NCBI GenBank assembly: GCA_964638425.1
Contig: CAZWYM010000004.1
Span: 33,301 to 96,562, forward strand
Direction of reading: 5' to 3'
DNA: 63,262 nt
From: an uncultured Candidatus Saccharibacteria bacterium
GTDB lineage: Bacteria; Patescibacteriota; Minisyncoccia; Phycocordibacterales; UBA918
Position numbers and translations under genes: made by a program. How positions within the stretch are numbered: position 1 is the stretch's first letter; every line of letters starts with the position of its first letter. Shown here in pieces: positions 51,918 to 61,469 of this stretch. The notes below the pieces were generated by a model. That model had not been told where the DNA came from, did not search any database, and was given only the letters and a program-made list of their open reading frames with translations.

Positions 51918-53117
51918 ATGATATTTTTTAAATCTTTGAAACAATTCTCTCTTTTTGCGCTCATTGGAATTTCTTTATTAGTTCCTGCTTTATCATACGC
52001 AGGTGAAAGTGATTTTGAGGTAGCAGGCTGGATTCCATACTGGCGAGACAGTGAGGGAATTAAGGACGCAAAAAAGCACCTGAGTAGTATCAATATGGTT
52101 TTCCCATTCGCATTCACGGTCACAACACAAGGGGTCATTAAAGACCAAGCTAATCTTTCTGCTAAGGAATGGACGAGCTTTGTAAAATCAGCGCAATCAA
52201 AGGGAGTTGAAGTGGTCCCTACCGTCATGTGGAGTGATGGAGCAAGCATCCATGCAGTACTCAGCGCCACTTCAACACGTAAGGCGCATATCGATGGAAT
52301 TGTTGAAATGGTTACAAAGGGGAAGTATGACGGAGTAGATATTGATTATGAGTCAAAGCAGGCAGAGACCATTAATTACTTCTCACTTTTTTTGAAGGAG
52401 CTTAAGACTAAGCTTGGGAATAAATTACTCACGTGCACCGTTGAAGCGCGGACTCCGCCTGATTCACTCTATAAAGAAGTCCCGGCTGTTCTCACCTATG
52501 CAAATGATTACAAGGCAATCGGAACATACTGTGATCGCGTAGAAATCATGGCGTATGACCAACAGCGTGCTGACCTAAAACTCAATGAAGCACGAACAGG
52601 GCAACCGTACATGCCGGTCTCCGATGTTGATTGGGTACGTAAAGTGGTTGCGCTTGCAGTAAAGGATATTCCAAAGGAAAAAATCCTCCTCGGACTTTCT
52701 ACATATGGACACCATTACACCGTTACTGTTGCGCCTAATTGGTATAAAAATTATCAAAAAATCGGAGCGCTCAATGTCCCCGGGATACTCGATATCGCAA
52801 AGGAACATAAAGTAACCCCATCTCGAAATAGTGCCGGAGAAATGAGCTTTACGTATCTCCCTCGAGGTTCAAAATTAAAGTTCCCAAAAACATTGGTCAT
52901 TCCAAAGGATACCCCAAAGGGAAATACCGTCGCTGCACAGGCACTTGCATATGCAAACAAGACAGGAGAAACCGTCACCTTTAACTTAGCGTGGTATTCA
53001 GATGCAGGAGCGATGAAACAAAAAATTGACCTTGCGAAAGAATTTAGGCTCGCTGGAGTAGCTCTCTTTAAATTTGATAAAGAGGAGGATCAGAAAGTAT
53101 GGACGTATCTTAAGTAG
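51918..53117 (+). CDS. Secreted glycoside hydrolase family 18 protein (chitinase/YaaH-like)
   Basis: Signal peptide MIFFKSLKQFSLFALIGISLLVPALSYA. Catalytic DGVDIDYE motif. Confidence 0.85.
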   Translation: MIFFKSLKQFSLFALIGISLLVPALSYAGESDFEVAGWIPYWRDSEGIKDAKKHLSSINMVFPFAFTVTTQGVIKDQANLSAKEWTSFVKSAQSKGVEVVPTVMWSDGASIHAVLSATSTRKAHIDGIVEMVTKGKYDGVDIDYESKQAETINYFSLFLKELKTKLGNKLLTCTVEARTPPDSLYKEVPAVLTYANDYKAIGTYCDRVEIMAYDQQRADLKLNEARTGQPYMPVSDVDWVRKVVALAVKDIPKEKILLGLSTYGHHYTVTVAPNWYKNYQKIGALNVPGILDIAKEHKVTPSRNSAGEMSFTYLPRGSKLKFPKTLVIPKDTPKGNTVAAQALAYANKTGETVTFNLAWYSDAGAMKQKIDLAKEFRLAGVALFKFDKEEDQKVWTYLK

Positions 53118-53604
53118 TTCCTTTTAGCTTCTTATACTCAACATTAATGAGGAAGAGGATGAACACATCGATACAGATAATGGCGAGCAAAATAAGTGAA
53201 TGCGTAAATGTGAATCTAAATAATCCGTACGCAATAAAGAATGCAATGAGGAGCATGGTAACAGGAAAGGCTTTATAGATATGTCTAAGGAGACACCCTG
53301 AAAGAACGACATCAACTACTCCCCAGAAAATAAAATAACTTGCAATAAAATAGGTAACGGTGAAATCGTGCGGTTCGAAAAGCATGTATATTTTTTCCAA
53401 AACAGCGTCACCTGTCTTGCCGGTGAGTTCGTGCGACATGATGGTATACAAAAACTCAGAAAGCGGTTGCCCGACTCTTTGCAAAAAGGCGACACCAAGA
53501 ACTACGCGGAGTATTCCATAGACAATTCTCCACCACATACTCAAGCGAAAAAAGAGTGTAAGGCTCGCAGGCGAAGTGAGGTCTTCTACATCGATAGTTT
53601 CCAT
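53110..53604 (-). CDS. Integral membrane protein (4 TM; DUF2127-like)
   Basis: Hydrophobic helices. Its 3' end overlaps the GH18 3' end by 8 nt (convergent). Confidence 0.5.
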   Translation of the reverse strand: METIDVEDLTSPASLTLFFRLSMWWRIVYGILRVVLGVAFLQRVGQPLSEFLYTIMSHELTGKTGDAVLEKIYMLFEPHDFTVTYFIASYFIFWGVVDVVLSGCLLRHIYKAFPVTMLLIAFFIAYGLFRFTFTHSLILLAIICIDVFILFLINVEYKKLKGTT

Positions 53605-53648
53605 ATTTGTACGAGAAGTATATAGCAGATACTTCTAATGATGAAGTG

Positions 53649-53691
53649 CAAAAAAGCACAAAGCCCCGTAACGGGGCTTTGTGCTTTTTCT
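53649..53691 (-). terminator. Intrinsic terminator after the DEAD-box helicase gene
   Basis: aagcacaaagccccg-taa-cggggctttgtgctt flanked by A and T runs. Confidence 0.85.
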
Positions 53692-53702
53692 GCGGTAGTA
53701 CT

Positions 53703-55145
53703 TTATTTTGTTTCTATGAAGGTGAGTGCTTTACCGTTTTCCTTACCACGTCCTGTTCGTCCAATCCGGTGAATATAATCTTCGTAGGTCGCAGGGAGGT
53801 CGTAGTTAATTACGTGGGTCACGTTGTCTACGTGGATTCCTCGAGCAGCAACATCGGTTGCAACGAGTACTCGTGCATGGCCGTCCTTAAATTTCTTAAG
53901 TGAGCGTTGTCGTTGTGGGTGTGACTTGTTTCCGTGAATAGATTCGGCAGTAATTCCATGGACAACGAGTTGTTGTGCAAGCTTTTCAACACTGTGTTTC
54001 ATTGCTCCGAAGATAAGTACTCGCTTGAAAGCGGGGTCTCCGAGTAGTGCAGTGAGTACTTCAAACTTATGTACGTGTGTGTACTTCACGACATCTTGCT
54101 CGATACTTCCGGTAATATCTTGCTTTCGCACCGATACGGTTACTGGGTCGCGAAGGAATTCGCTCACCAATTTCTTGATATCGTCAGACATTGTTGCAGA
54201 AAAGAAGAGTGTCTCACGTTCCTTAGGAATTCCCTTAAGGATGAGGCGCATGTCATTGATAAATCCCATGTCGAGCATTCTGTCTGCTTCATCGAGAACA
54301 ATCGTTGAGATTTGTGATGACTTAAGCGCACCACGTTCGATGAGGTCGATAACGCGACCCGGTGTTCCAATAATGAAATGGTTCTTTCGCTTGAGGCTGA
54401 AGATTTGTGGGCGGATGTTTGTTCCACCAACACATGTTGTTGAGTAAAGTTTAAATGTGCCACTGAGCTTCTTCACTTCAGCTTCAATTTGAATCGCGAG
54501 TTCTCGAGTTGGCGTAAGGATGAGTGTTTGTCGTCCGTACTCACGAAGTGTCTTATCAATAAGTGGGATAAGGAACGCAGCAGTCTTACCGGTTCCTGTA
54601 TTTGCAAGACCAATAACATCCTTACCTTCAAGAATGTGTGGAATGATTTCGTCTTGAATCGGTGTTGGCGAGGTAAGTCCTGATTCTGTAATAGTGAAAG
54701 CAAGCTTCTTATCAAGTCCAAATTCAGTGAATTTGTGCTTTGGTGTAAATACTTCAACTTCTACAGCTGTTGCTGGAGCTTTGTTAATAAACTTTGAAAC
54801 ATCAAAGGTTTTCATAACACGTCCTCCACGTCCGCTCTGTGATGAGCGATTGTGCGTAAATGGGCGAGAACCTCCCTGTGAGCTTGATTCACGTCGTGGT
54901 CCTCGTGAACCAGATCGTGGAGCGAAGCTACTTCCTCCTGTGCTCGCACGCTTAAATCCTCCCGTAGAAGGTCTCCTTGGTGCTGAAGAAGCGCCTGCAT
55001 TTCGTGATGCTGGACGTTCTGATTTATTTGAACTCCATGATGAGCTCGTTTTTTTGGTAAAAGTACCAACGCGTCCTGTTGGTCGCGAGTGCGAAGCGTT
55101 TCTCGCTGATGAGGCACCTCGACTTGGTCGACTAAAATTATTCAT
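53703..55145 (-). CDS. DEAD-box ATP-dependent RNA helicase with a ~110-aa Arg/Ser/Gly-rich N-terminal extension
   Basis: Q motif (F.EFGL...L......G...PTPIQ), GLANTGTGKTAAF, VLDEADRMLDMGF, SAT, HRIGRTGRGK. Confidence 0.93.
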   Translation of the reverse strand: MNNFSRPSRGASSARNASHSRPTGRVGTFTKKTSSSWSSNKSERPASRNAGASSAPRRPSTGGFKRASTGGSSFAPRSGSRGPRRESSSQGGSRPFTHNRSSQSGRGGRVMKTFDVSKFINKAPATAVEVEVFTPKHKFTEFGLDKKLAFTITESGLTSPTPIQDEIIPHILEGKDVIGLANTGTGKTAAFLIPLIDKTLREYGRQTLILTPTRELAIQIEAEVKKLSGTFKLYSTTCVGGTNIRPQIFSLKRKNHFIIGTPGRVIDLIERGALKSSQISTIVLDEADRMLDMGFINDMRLILKGIPKERETLFFSATMSDDIKKLVSEFLRDPVTVSVRKQDITGSIEQDVVKYTHVHKFEVLTALLGDPAFKRVLIFGAMKHSVEKLAQQLVVHGITAESIHGNKSHPQRQRSLKKFKDGHARVLVATDVAARGIHVDNVTHVINYDLPATYEDYIHRIGRTGRGKENGKALTFIETK

Positions 55146-55366
55146 TGTTTTATTTCGTTATTAGAACATCCACAGTCATCGCGACTCTGATTACAAAGCA
55201 AAAATAGCTTGTGATAGGGAAGTGTACGACTATCCATTGTGGTGTCTGTATGCTTCCAACATTTAATATGTGGGGCTCTGTGTGCAGGTAGTAAACCGAA
55301 CTGGGTGACTGTCAGTGACAGTCGCTCGAACCCTAGAGCCCTACACGAGAATCTTAAGGTGCTTAT

Positions 55367-55395
55367 ACAATAATATATAATTGAGCTAATGTCAA
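55367..55395 (-). promoter_or_regulatory. Sigma-70-like promoter (TTGACA-17-TATTGT) for the DEAD-box helicase gene
   Basis: On the minus strand, -35 is at 55390-95 and -10 at 55367-72, implying a ~215-nt 5' UTR. Confidence 0.5.
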
Positions 55396-55471
55396 CTTCT
55401 CTGAATCGAGAATAGCACTATGCACTCGTGATGCTATGAGAAAGATATGTGGTGTCGTATAGTTTTACTAT

Positions 55472-55906
55472 ATGTTAGAAATTGTCTTTGCCAATATTGA
55501 GCTTACGTTCATTTTCAATTTAACGCTTTCACTCCTCGCTGGTATTGCAATTGGAATTGAGCGCGAGACCAAAGGGAAGGATGCGGGTATTAGTACGCAC
55601 GCACTCGTAATTATGGGTTCTATGCTCTTTACCTTCATGTCAGCGACAGTCGAACCTGCATTTGCCGCGCGAATAGCCGCTAACGTCGTCACGGGTATTG
55701 GTTTCCTTGGCGCAGGTCTCATCCTCAAAGAGGGAACTACGGTACACAATCTTACCACTGCAGCGAGTTTGTGGTTTGCTGCGGGGATAGGGATGGCGAT
55801 TGGTTTTGGTTTCTATACCATTGGAATATTTTCGACACTCATTGCAATCCTCACGCTTAGAATTCCGCGCATCCCACACCATAATGGAGAAACCGTAGGA
55901 AAGTAG
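55472..55906 (+). CDS. MgtC/SapB family membrane protein
   Basis: ..GISTHALVIMGSMLFT...VVTGIGFLGAGLILKEG..V.NLTTAASLWFAAGIGMAIG.. Confidence 0.8.
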   Translation: MLEIVFANIELTFIFNLTLSLLAGIAIGIERETKGKDAGISTHALVIMGSMLFTFMSATVEPAFAARIAANVVTGIGFLGAGLILKEGTTVHNLTTAASLWFAAGIGMAIGFGFYTIGIFSTLIAILTLRIPRIPHHNGETVGK

Positions 55907-55965
55907 TTTTGAATTTTATATAAGAAAAGCCCAGCATAACATTTGCGGGGCTTTTGCTAAAAACA

Positions 55966-56373
55966 CTATGCACGCGCTAACTCACGTTGAGTCAGTGCTG
56001 TTGGAGTGTATTTGTCACCAGGAAAGAACATATTCTTTGAGTTACACGACTCGCCGTGAAGTATCTTCTGGATAGTGTTAATCGAAGTTTTAAATTCGTC
56101 ACCACTACTCGTTGAATTTATTACTTCGACGAGTGCATTAATTTGGCGTCCTTCACTTGTTTGAGGTCCATCAAATTTTGCACCATTGTAGTTATCAGTA
56201 ATTTTTGGAAGTGGATTTTTTTTCAAATAAATCTGAAATTTTTGCCACGGAATAATGTGTACCGGAGGTAATTCACTAGACCGTCTTTCTTCCCGCTTTG
56301 CTTCAAACTGTACCATGGTGATGAAGCTTGTAATAACATTAATGTAATTACTCATGTGATGAACTTTTTCCAT
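55966..56373 (-). CDS. Hypothetical protein (135 aa)
   Basis: ATG 56373 is preceded by cAAAGGAGttctta. No motif recognised. Confidence 0.55.
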   Translation of the reverse strand: MEKVHHMSNYINVITSFITMVQFEAKREERRSSELPPVHIIPWQKFQIYLKKNPLPKITDNYNGAKFDGPQTSEGRQINALVEVINSTSSGDEFKTSINTIQKILHGESCNSKNMFFPGDKYTPTALTQRELARA

Positions 56374-56487
56374 TAAGAACTCCTTTGTTGAGAACAAAGC
56401 CCAATATAACACACATGTAGCGTATGTCTATGCACCGTACAATACTTCTAGTATTCAAACAGCTCCAGAACGTGTAAAATTGGATAC

Positions 56488-57897
56488 ATGATAGATTCAT
56501 CAAAACACAGCCACCCAACAGCAATTGTTGTATTTGGTGGAACAGGTAACCTTACAAAAACAAAGCTTATACCCGCGCTCTTTGACTTGTACCGGAGGAA
56601 AATGCTCCCCCAGACGTTTGTCATTATTGGGCTTTCGCGAAAGAGTCTTTCGCATGAGGAGTACCGAGCGTTTGTTCGAGAGCAACTTGAGGCAAAGGGA
56701 GGAGACCGCGATATGCAGGAGATTGTTGATTTTTGTTCTCATATTCAATACATATCGGGAAGTTCTGAAGAAGACTCAGCCTATGAAGACGTACGTACTG
56801 AATTAGAGGCTTTTGATAGTCGTGTAGGGGTTTGTACAAACAAGCTCTTCTATCTTGCAGTAACGCCCAACTTATATAGTGGCATATTTGAAAAGCTGAA
56901 GCAGAGTGGAGTACTTAGTCTCTGTGATAGCGTTGGCTCATGGTCGCGACTTTTGGTGGAAAAGCCGTTTGGAAGAGATTTGGAAACAGCAAAAGCACTC
57001 GAAGAGCGCCTCTGTCAGATTTTGTCTGAAGAGCAAATTTATCGAATTGATCACTACCTCGCAAAGGATGCAATTGAGAACATTACCTCACTTCGTTTTG
57101 CAAATAGTATCTTGTCAGACTCATGGAAGGGGACGAAGATTGAAGCAATTGAACTGAGACTTTTTGAATCACAAGATGTGAGTACGAGAGGTTCTTTTTA
57201 TGAGGAAATTGGAGCGCTTCGCGACGTGGGACAGAACCACATGTTGCAAATGCTCGCGCTACTCACGATGCATCAAGCAAAAGATGGATCTGCAGCATCA
57301 GTACGCGCAAGCAGACTTGCGGCACTTACGTCACTCACCATGCATGGCACTGATGTGGCTATTCGTGGGCAGTACAAGGGGTACCGTGATACGGTCGGCG
57401 TTGCAGAGGGAAGTGAAACAGAAACATACTTCAAGATAGAAACACACCTTGATAGTGAACTATGGGAGGACGTCAAAGTAACCCTTGAGTCAGGAAAAGC
57501 GCTCCATACGTCACTCGCTGAAGCGGTGGTAACTTTCAGACCAACAGATGCATGTACCTGTGACGCAGAATCTGTACCTCATGCACACAAAAATATTCTC
57601 AGGATACGGTTTTCTCCTGAGCAGAGTATTCGTCTCACTATGTGGGTGAAAGAACCAGGCTTTGGTTTTGTCCTTCGTGAACGTGAACTTACTCTTACCG
57701 AAGAGCAGGGAGGAGGATTCCGTTCGCCGGAAGCATACGAGCGAGTACTCTACGATTGCATCGTCGGTGATCAGACACGTTTCGTGAGTGGCGAAGAAGT
57801 TGTCGCTGCATGGGAATTTATTACACCAATCCTTGAATCATTCAAAAACCTTCCCCTCCATGTGTATGAACCAGGAAGTGAACCCCCAGTCGTGTAG
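56488..57897 (+). CDS. zwf: Glucose-6-phosphate 1-dehydrogenase
   Basis: VVFGGTGNLTKTKLIPALF, VEKPFGRDL, IYRIDHYLAKD. Confidence 0.9.
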   Translation: MIDSSKHSHPTAIVVFGGTGNLTKTKLIPALFDLYRRKMLPQTFVIIGLSRKSLSHEEYRAFVREQLEAKGGDRDMQEIVDFCSHIQYISGSSEEDSAYEDVRTELEAFDSRVGVCTNKLFYLAVTPNLYSGIFEKLKQSGVLSLCDSVGSWSRLLVEKPFGRDLETAKALEERLCQILSEEQIYRIDHYLAKDAIENITSLRFANSILSDSWKGTKIEAIELRLFESQDVSTRGSFYEEIGALRDVGQNHMLQMLALLTMHQAKDGSAASVRASRLAALTSLTMHGTDVAIRGQYKGYRDTVGVAEGSETETYFKIETHLDSELWEDVKVTLESGKALHTSLAEAVVTFRPTDACTCDAESVPHAHKNILRIRFSPEQSIRLTMWVKEPGFGFVLRERELTLTEEQGGGFRSPEAYERVLYDCIVGDQTRFVSGEEVVAAWEFITPILESFKNLPLHVYEPGSEPPVV

Positions 57898-57913
57898 GTG
57901 TGTAATTCGTCTA

Positions 57914-58684
57914 CTAAGAAACTGAGAGAATTGAGGTGATGGTGGTGAATATTTCTGTCGGTGTACTGATGGCTTTAACCAAGAATGCATCAGCACCGAG
58001 TGTTTTAGCCCGTTCAATATCTTCTTGTTGACTGAGGTTTGAGAGAATGATGACGTGGATGTGTTTTGTTGCTTCGTTCGCCTTAATCTTTTCGAGTGTT
58101 TCAAATCCGTTGATTCCAGGAAGCACGAGGTCGAGAAGTATAAGGTGAGGTATTTCACGCGCAGACATTTCTACTGCCATTTCGCCACTCGTTGCGTGAA
58201 TGACGATACACTCTTCGTTTTGAAGTTTCTTCGTCATTACTTCCGAAAGGAAGCTATCATCTTCAACGAGGAGAATCTTCTTTCCTGCGAGACTAATTTT
58301 TGAGCCACGTCCTGCAAGCGGAGCGAGCATCTTTACCTTTGAGACAATGTCATCAGGGTCGAGCTGTGCCTTAATGAAATAATCGAGAGCGCCGAGTTCG
58401 AGCGCTCGTTCAAGCTCAACGGGCTGACCTGAATTTGAAATGATAATAACAGGAATTTCCTTTACTGTTGGGTCAGCACGCTTTGCTTCAAGAATTTCGT
58501 ACCCATTCATTGTGGGAAGAAGAATATCAAGAAGAATTAAATTCGGTTGCCAACTCTTCATTGTCTCAAGACCCACTCCTCCGTCAATAGCGAGTTTTGT
58601 CTCGTACCCTTCTTCTTTAAGCTTCTTTTCAAGAATCTCTCCGAGAATTTGATCGTCTTCGATAATTAAAATTTTTGGTCCCAT
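57914..58684 (-). CDS. Response regulator made of two tandem receiver (REC) domains with no output domain
   Basis: REC1: KILIIEDD...LILLDILLP..NGYE....PVIIISN. REC2: KILLVEDD...LILLDLVLPGINGFE...HVIILSN...K. Confidence 0.88.
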   Translation of the reverse strand: MGPKILIIEDDQILGEILEKKLKEEGYETKLAIDGGVGLETMKSWQPNLILLDILLPTMNGYEILEAKRADPTVKEIPVIIISNSGQPVELERALELGALDYFIKAQLDPDDIVSKVKMLAPLAGRGSKISLAGKKILLVEDDSFLSEVMTKKLQNEECIVIHATSGEMAVEMSAREIPHLILLDLVLPGINGFETLEKIKANEATKHIHVIILSNLSQQEDIERAKTLGADAFLVKAISTPTEIFTTITSILSVS

Positions 58685-58687
58685 ATA

Positions 58688-59506
58688 TTAAGCGTTTTTA
58701 GTTATTGGTAACGTAACGAAAAAAGTCGTGCCTTCATTTTCCTTGCTTTCAAAGCGAATAGTCCCTTGGTGCCTTTGAATTATACTCTCTACAATATATA
58801 AGCCAAGTCCAGTACCATCCGTCTCCTCATGCACCGCATTCGGGGCGCGGAAAAAGCGCTTAAAGATACTTGACTGGTTTGCTTGAGGAATGCCGATACC
58901 GTGGTCTTTTATTTCGATATTAATAGTTGATTCAGTCTTTTTGACGATAACATTAACTTCGCCTTTTGGTTTAGAGTACTTTATTGCGTTATCCACGAGG
59001 TTTTGAATAACGATACGCATATTTTCAGGGTCAATCATGAGCGGAGGAATATCACCGTCAGTAGTAAAGGTGACGGAGATATTTCGTTTTTCAGCAATCT
59101 GTCGCAGTTCAATGAGAATGTTTTGGAAGAGGTAGGTGAGATTTGTGGGGGTAAACTTGAATTTGAGCGTACCACTTTCTACACGATCTGCCTGAAGCAT
59201 GTCATTAATGAGGGTAATCATTCGATTATTGCTCCCGTAGGTTTTCATGAGATAGATTTTTTGTTCAGGAGCAAGAGGTCCCATATCGCCATTAAGGAGC
59301 ATCGAAAGAGACCACCGTACGCCCGAGAGAGGCGTACGCAATTGATGTGTGGCAAGCGAAACGAATTCTGATTTCATTTTGTCGAGGTCGCGAAGTTTTT
59401 CATTTGCACGAGATAGTTCAAGGTCGCGCTGAATCAGCAACTTTGTACTGTTGTTCAGGCTCTCTACTATCTCTTCAAGCTCTTCTACGCTCTTATGTTC
59501 TTCCAT
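58688..59506 (-). CDS. Soluble histidine kinase (coiled coil + HisKA + HATPase_c, no TM or sensor domain)
   Basis: H-box FVSLATHQLRTPLSGV, N box LVDNAIKYS, G boxes KDHGIGI and GTGLGLYIV. Confidence 0.9.
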   Translation of the reverse strand: MEEHKSVEELEEIVESLNNSTKLLIQRDLELSRANEKLRDLDKMKSEFVSLATHQLRTPLSGVRWSLSMLLNGDMGPLAPEQKIYLMKTYGSNNRMITLINDMLQADRVESGTLKFKFTPTNLTYLFQNILIELRQIAEKRNISVTFTTDGDIPPLMIDPENMRIVIQNLVDNAIKYSKPKGEVNVIVKKTESTINIEIKDHGIGIPQANQSSIFKRFFRAPNAVHEETDGTGLGLYIVESIIQRHQGTIRFESKENEGTTFFVTLPITKNA

Positions 59507-59508
59507 AT

Positions 59509-60717
59509 TTACGAAGTTACTTTGTCGCCAACAACGGCGATTACAACGGTTTCATTATGGAATGCGGGGTTACACTTTTCGATGTTGCGCACCTCACCGC
59601 CAAGTGGCGCTTGTTCGCCGTATGTGTAGAAACCGATGAGTGGTGTTTCAAGGCCGACTGCCTTTTGGATTTCGCGGATTTCTTCACCTGAGCGTTCCCC
59701 AAAAAGTTTATTGCGCGCAATACAATTAAAAATAATTACCGCCTTTGGCTTTGCTCCGTTTAGTTGTTCAACCGCATTTTGTGCAGCGATACCCGCTACT
59801 TTAATGGCCTCATCACGACTTCCAAGCATGAGTTGAATAGACGAGTCTTGTGGGATTTCTGCAGCGCAAGTAATCGAACCATTTGCATCAACGGTGAGTG
59901 GGTCTCGAATGAGCATTTCCTCACTACCCACAACCTTCATCCCAAGTGGGTAACTTACGGCTAGTTTAGCGAGCGTTTCGGTACGGAGCACAGCTGCTTC
60001 CTTTTCTCCAAAGTATTCATCGTAAATTGAAATAGCTGGCTTACCATCAAGTTCATGGATGACTGACCCGTTTGAGCGGGTTACCTTCTTTGGTGTACCT
60101 ACGGGTACCCAGCCATGCTTCACTCCAATTCCAAGCTCAAAATCACCAACCCAACCAAGGCCAACAACTACTCCCGAATACACCTTGTCATTGAGGTGCT
60201 GGTACGTTTTTTCAAATTTAAAATCATCGCCTGACGCACCACCGACGACAGGGAAGTGTTCTCCAAGTGAAGCAAGTACACCGCGGACGATGTCAGCCCC
60301 ATTTCCCACAAGTACATCGGAAAGCATCATAAATGCACGAAGCTTTTCTTGTGTTTGGTTTTTTGTATTTTCTGCCGCCGTTTTTCCTGCGAGAAATGGG
60401 TCTTGTGCGATGCCTTCACCGAGTCCTGCATAAAATTTTGTGGTATCAGAGCGGATAGCCATGACGACAACTGAATGTCGAGATGATGGTCCTGTGGTAG
60501 TAATTTCGCCTGCTGTTGAGGACCCAACAAGAAGTGCATCACCACTTACTGAACGCACACCAGCGTTTACCTTTTCTTGGTCGTACTTTACAGAAGAAAA
60601 CAAAATGACGACATCTGGTTGCCCACCCATTGTGCTCACTGCTTGCTGGCACGCGTTAACTCCTACTACGTGTGAATCTTCACCATCGCTCATCCCTACA
60701 CCAACAAAAAATGCCAT
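59509..60717 (-). CDS. FIST-domain (FIST_N + FIST_C-like) sensory protein
   Basis: 402-aa soluble protein, first gene of the kinase/regulator operon with a 2-nt gap. The overall pattern (..VVILFSS......V..GV......LVGSSTAGEI.. / ..GFYTYGEQAP..) fits FIST as I recall it. Confidence 0.6.
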   Translation of the reverse strand: MAFFVGVGMSDGEDSHVVGVNACQQAVSTMGGQPDVVILFSSVKYDQEKVNAGVRSVSGDALLVGSSTAGEITTTGPSSRHSVVVMAIRSDTTKFYAGLGEGIAQDPFLAGKTAAENTKNQTQEKLRAFMMLSDVLVGNGADIVRGVLASLGEHFPVVGGASGDDFKFEKTYQHLNDKVYSGVVVGLGWVGDFELGIGVKHGWVPVGTPKKVTRSNGSVIHELDGKPAISIYDEYFGEKEAAVLRTETLAKLAVSYPLGMKVVGSEEMLIRDPLTVDANGSITCAAEIPQDSSIQLMLGSRDEAIKVAGIAAQNAVEQLNGAKPKAVIIFNCIARNKLFGERSGEEIREIQKAVGLETPLIGFYTYGEQAPLGGEVRNIEKCNPAFHNETVVIAVVGDKVTS

Positions 60718-60796
60718 ATATGTATTTAATTTTTAGTGACTAATATTTCACATAATTGTATCACTTGTAACCATTCGTTCTGTGCTGTTACGCACA

Positions 60797-60833
60797 ATAA
60801 AAATACCCCACAATGACTGTGTCATTGTGGGGT
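60797..60833 (-). terminator. Intrinsic terminator
   Basis: accccacaatgac-tgt-gtcattgtggggt with a T-run on the minus strand. Confidence 0.75.
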
Positions 60834-60843
60834 AGGTTTTAAC

Positions 60844-61341
60844 TTAGGAGCATCCTTCACACGTTGATCGGGATATAATGTCGATAGATTCCTTGATGAA
60901 ATAATCGAGGAGACCTCCTGGTGCGGACATGTTTGGGTGAGTGAAATTTTCGTCATTTGATAAAACAATTAAATCACCTAAAACTGTTTTTTCACCTTCC
61001 GTATCACCAAACGAAAAGAATGGAGCATTGTAGAGTGCTTGAGCATCATACAGAGCATCTAAATCTTCATCGTCGGTCGCAGGGATTGGGCCACGCCTAT
61101 CCAGTAGCAAAAAAAAGAAACTAAGCACCCTATTTTCTGTTTCTACCATTTGAATGGCGTCAATAAGTGTTTGGGCTCTGGGCATACCTACTTTGCCATA
61201 GAGATTTTTTGCTGCTGCAATTGATTCTTTATCGGGTAATGCGCGGTAAAATTTTGCATTTGCTCTTGGTACGATGTGCACACACGAGTACAGGCACATG
61301 AGTGTATTGTTTATAACAACTTCTTTTGTCATAAATTGCAT
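60844..61341 (-). CDS. Hypothetical protein (165 aa), paralog of the next gene
   Basis: ATG 61341 is preceded by aAAGGAGaatacgcc. A terminator lies downstream. Confidence 0.65.
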   Translation of the reverse strand: MQFMTKEVVINNTLMCLYSCVHIVPRANAKFYRALPDKESIAAAKNLYGKVGMPRAQTLIDAIQMVETENRVLSFFFLLLDRRGPIPATDDEDLDALYDAQALYNAPFFSFGDTEGEKTVLGDLIVLSNDENFTHPNMSAPGGLLDYFIKESIDIISRSTCEGCS

Positions 61342-61422
61342 GGCGTATTCTCCTTTTTAAAGGAACAACTGGCTAGAAGAACTCTATCATAGAGGGCAGA
61401 GATGGCAATTTCTTCTTTAAAT

Positions 61423-61458
61423 AAAACCCCATGGAAACTACGTTTCCATGGGGTTTTG
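61423..61458 (-). terminator. Intrinsic terminator
   Basis: aaaaccccatggaaac-ta-c-gtttccatggggtttt. Confidence 0.8.
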
Positions 61459-61469
61459 ACTACGAAGGG

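Noticed and set aside
55271-55342. Possible tRNA: a 72-nt segment closed by a 7-bp helix, gggctct/agagccc.
   Set aside because: No D-arm or T-arm can be drawn on either strand and there is no GTTCRA T-loop. The internal hairpin has a 3-nt loop, not a 7-nt anticodon loop. It lies in the predicted helicase 5' UTR.
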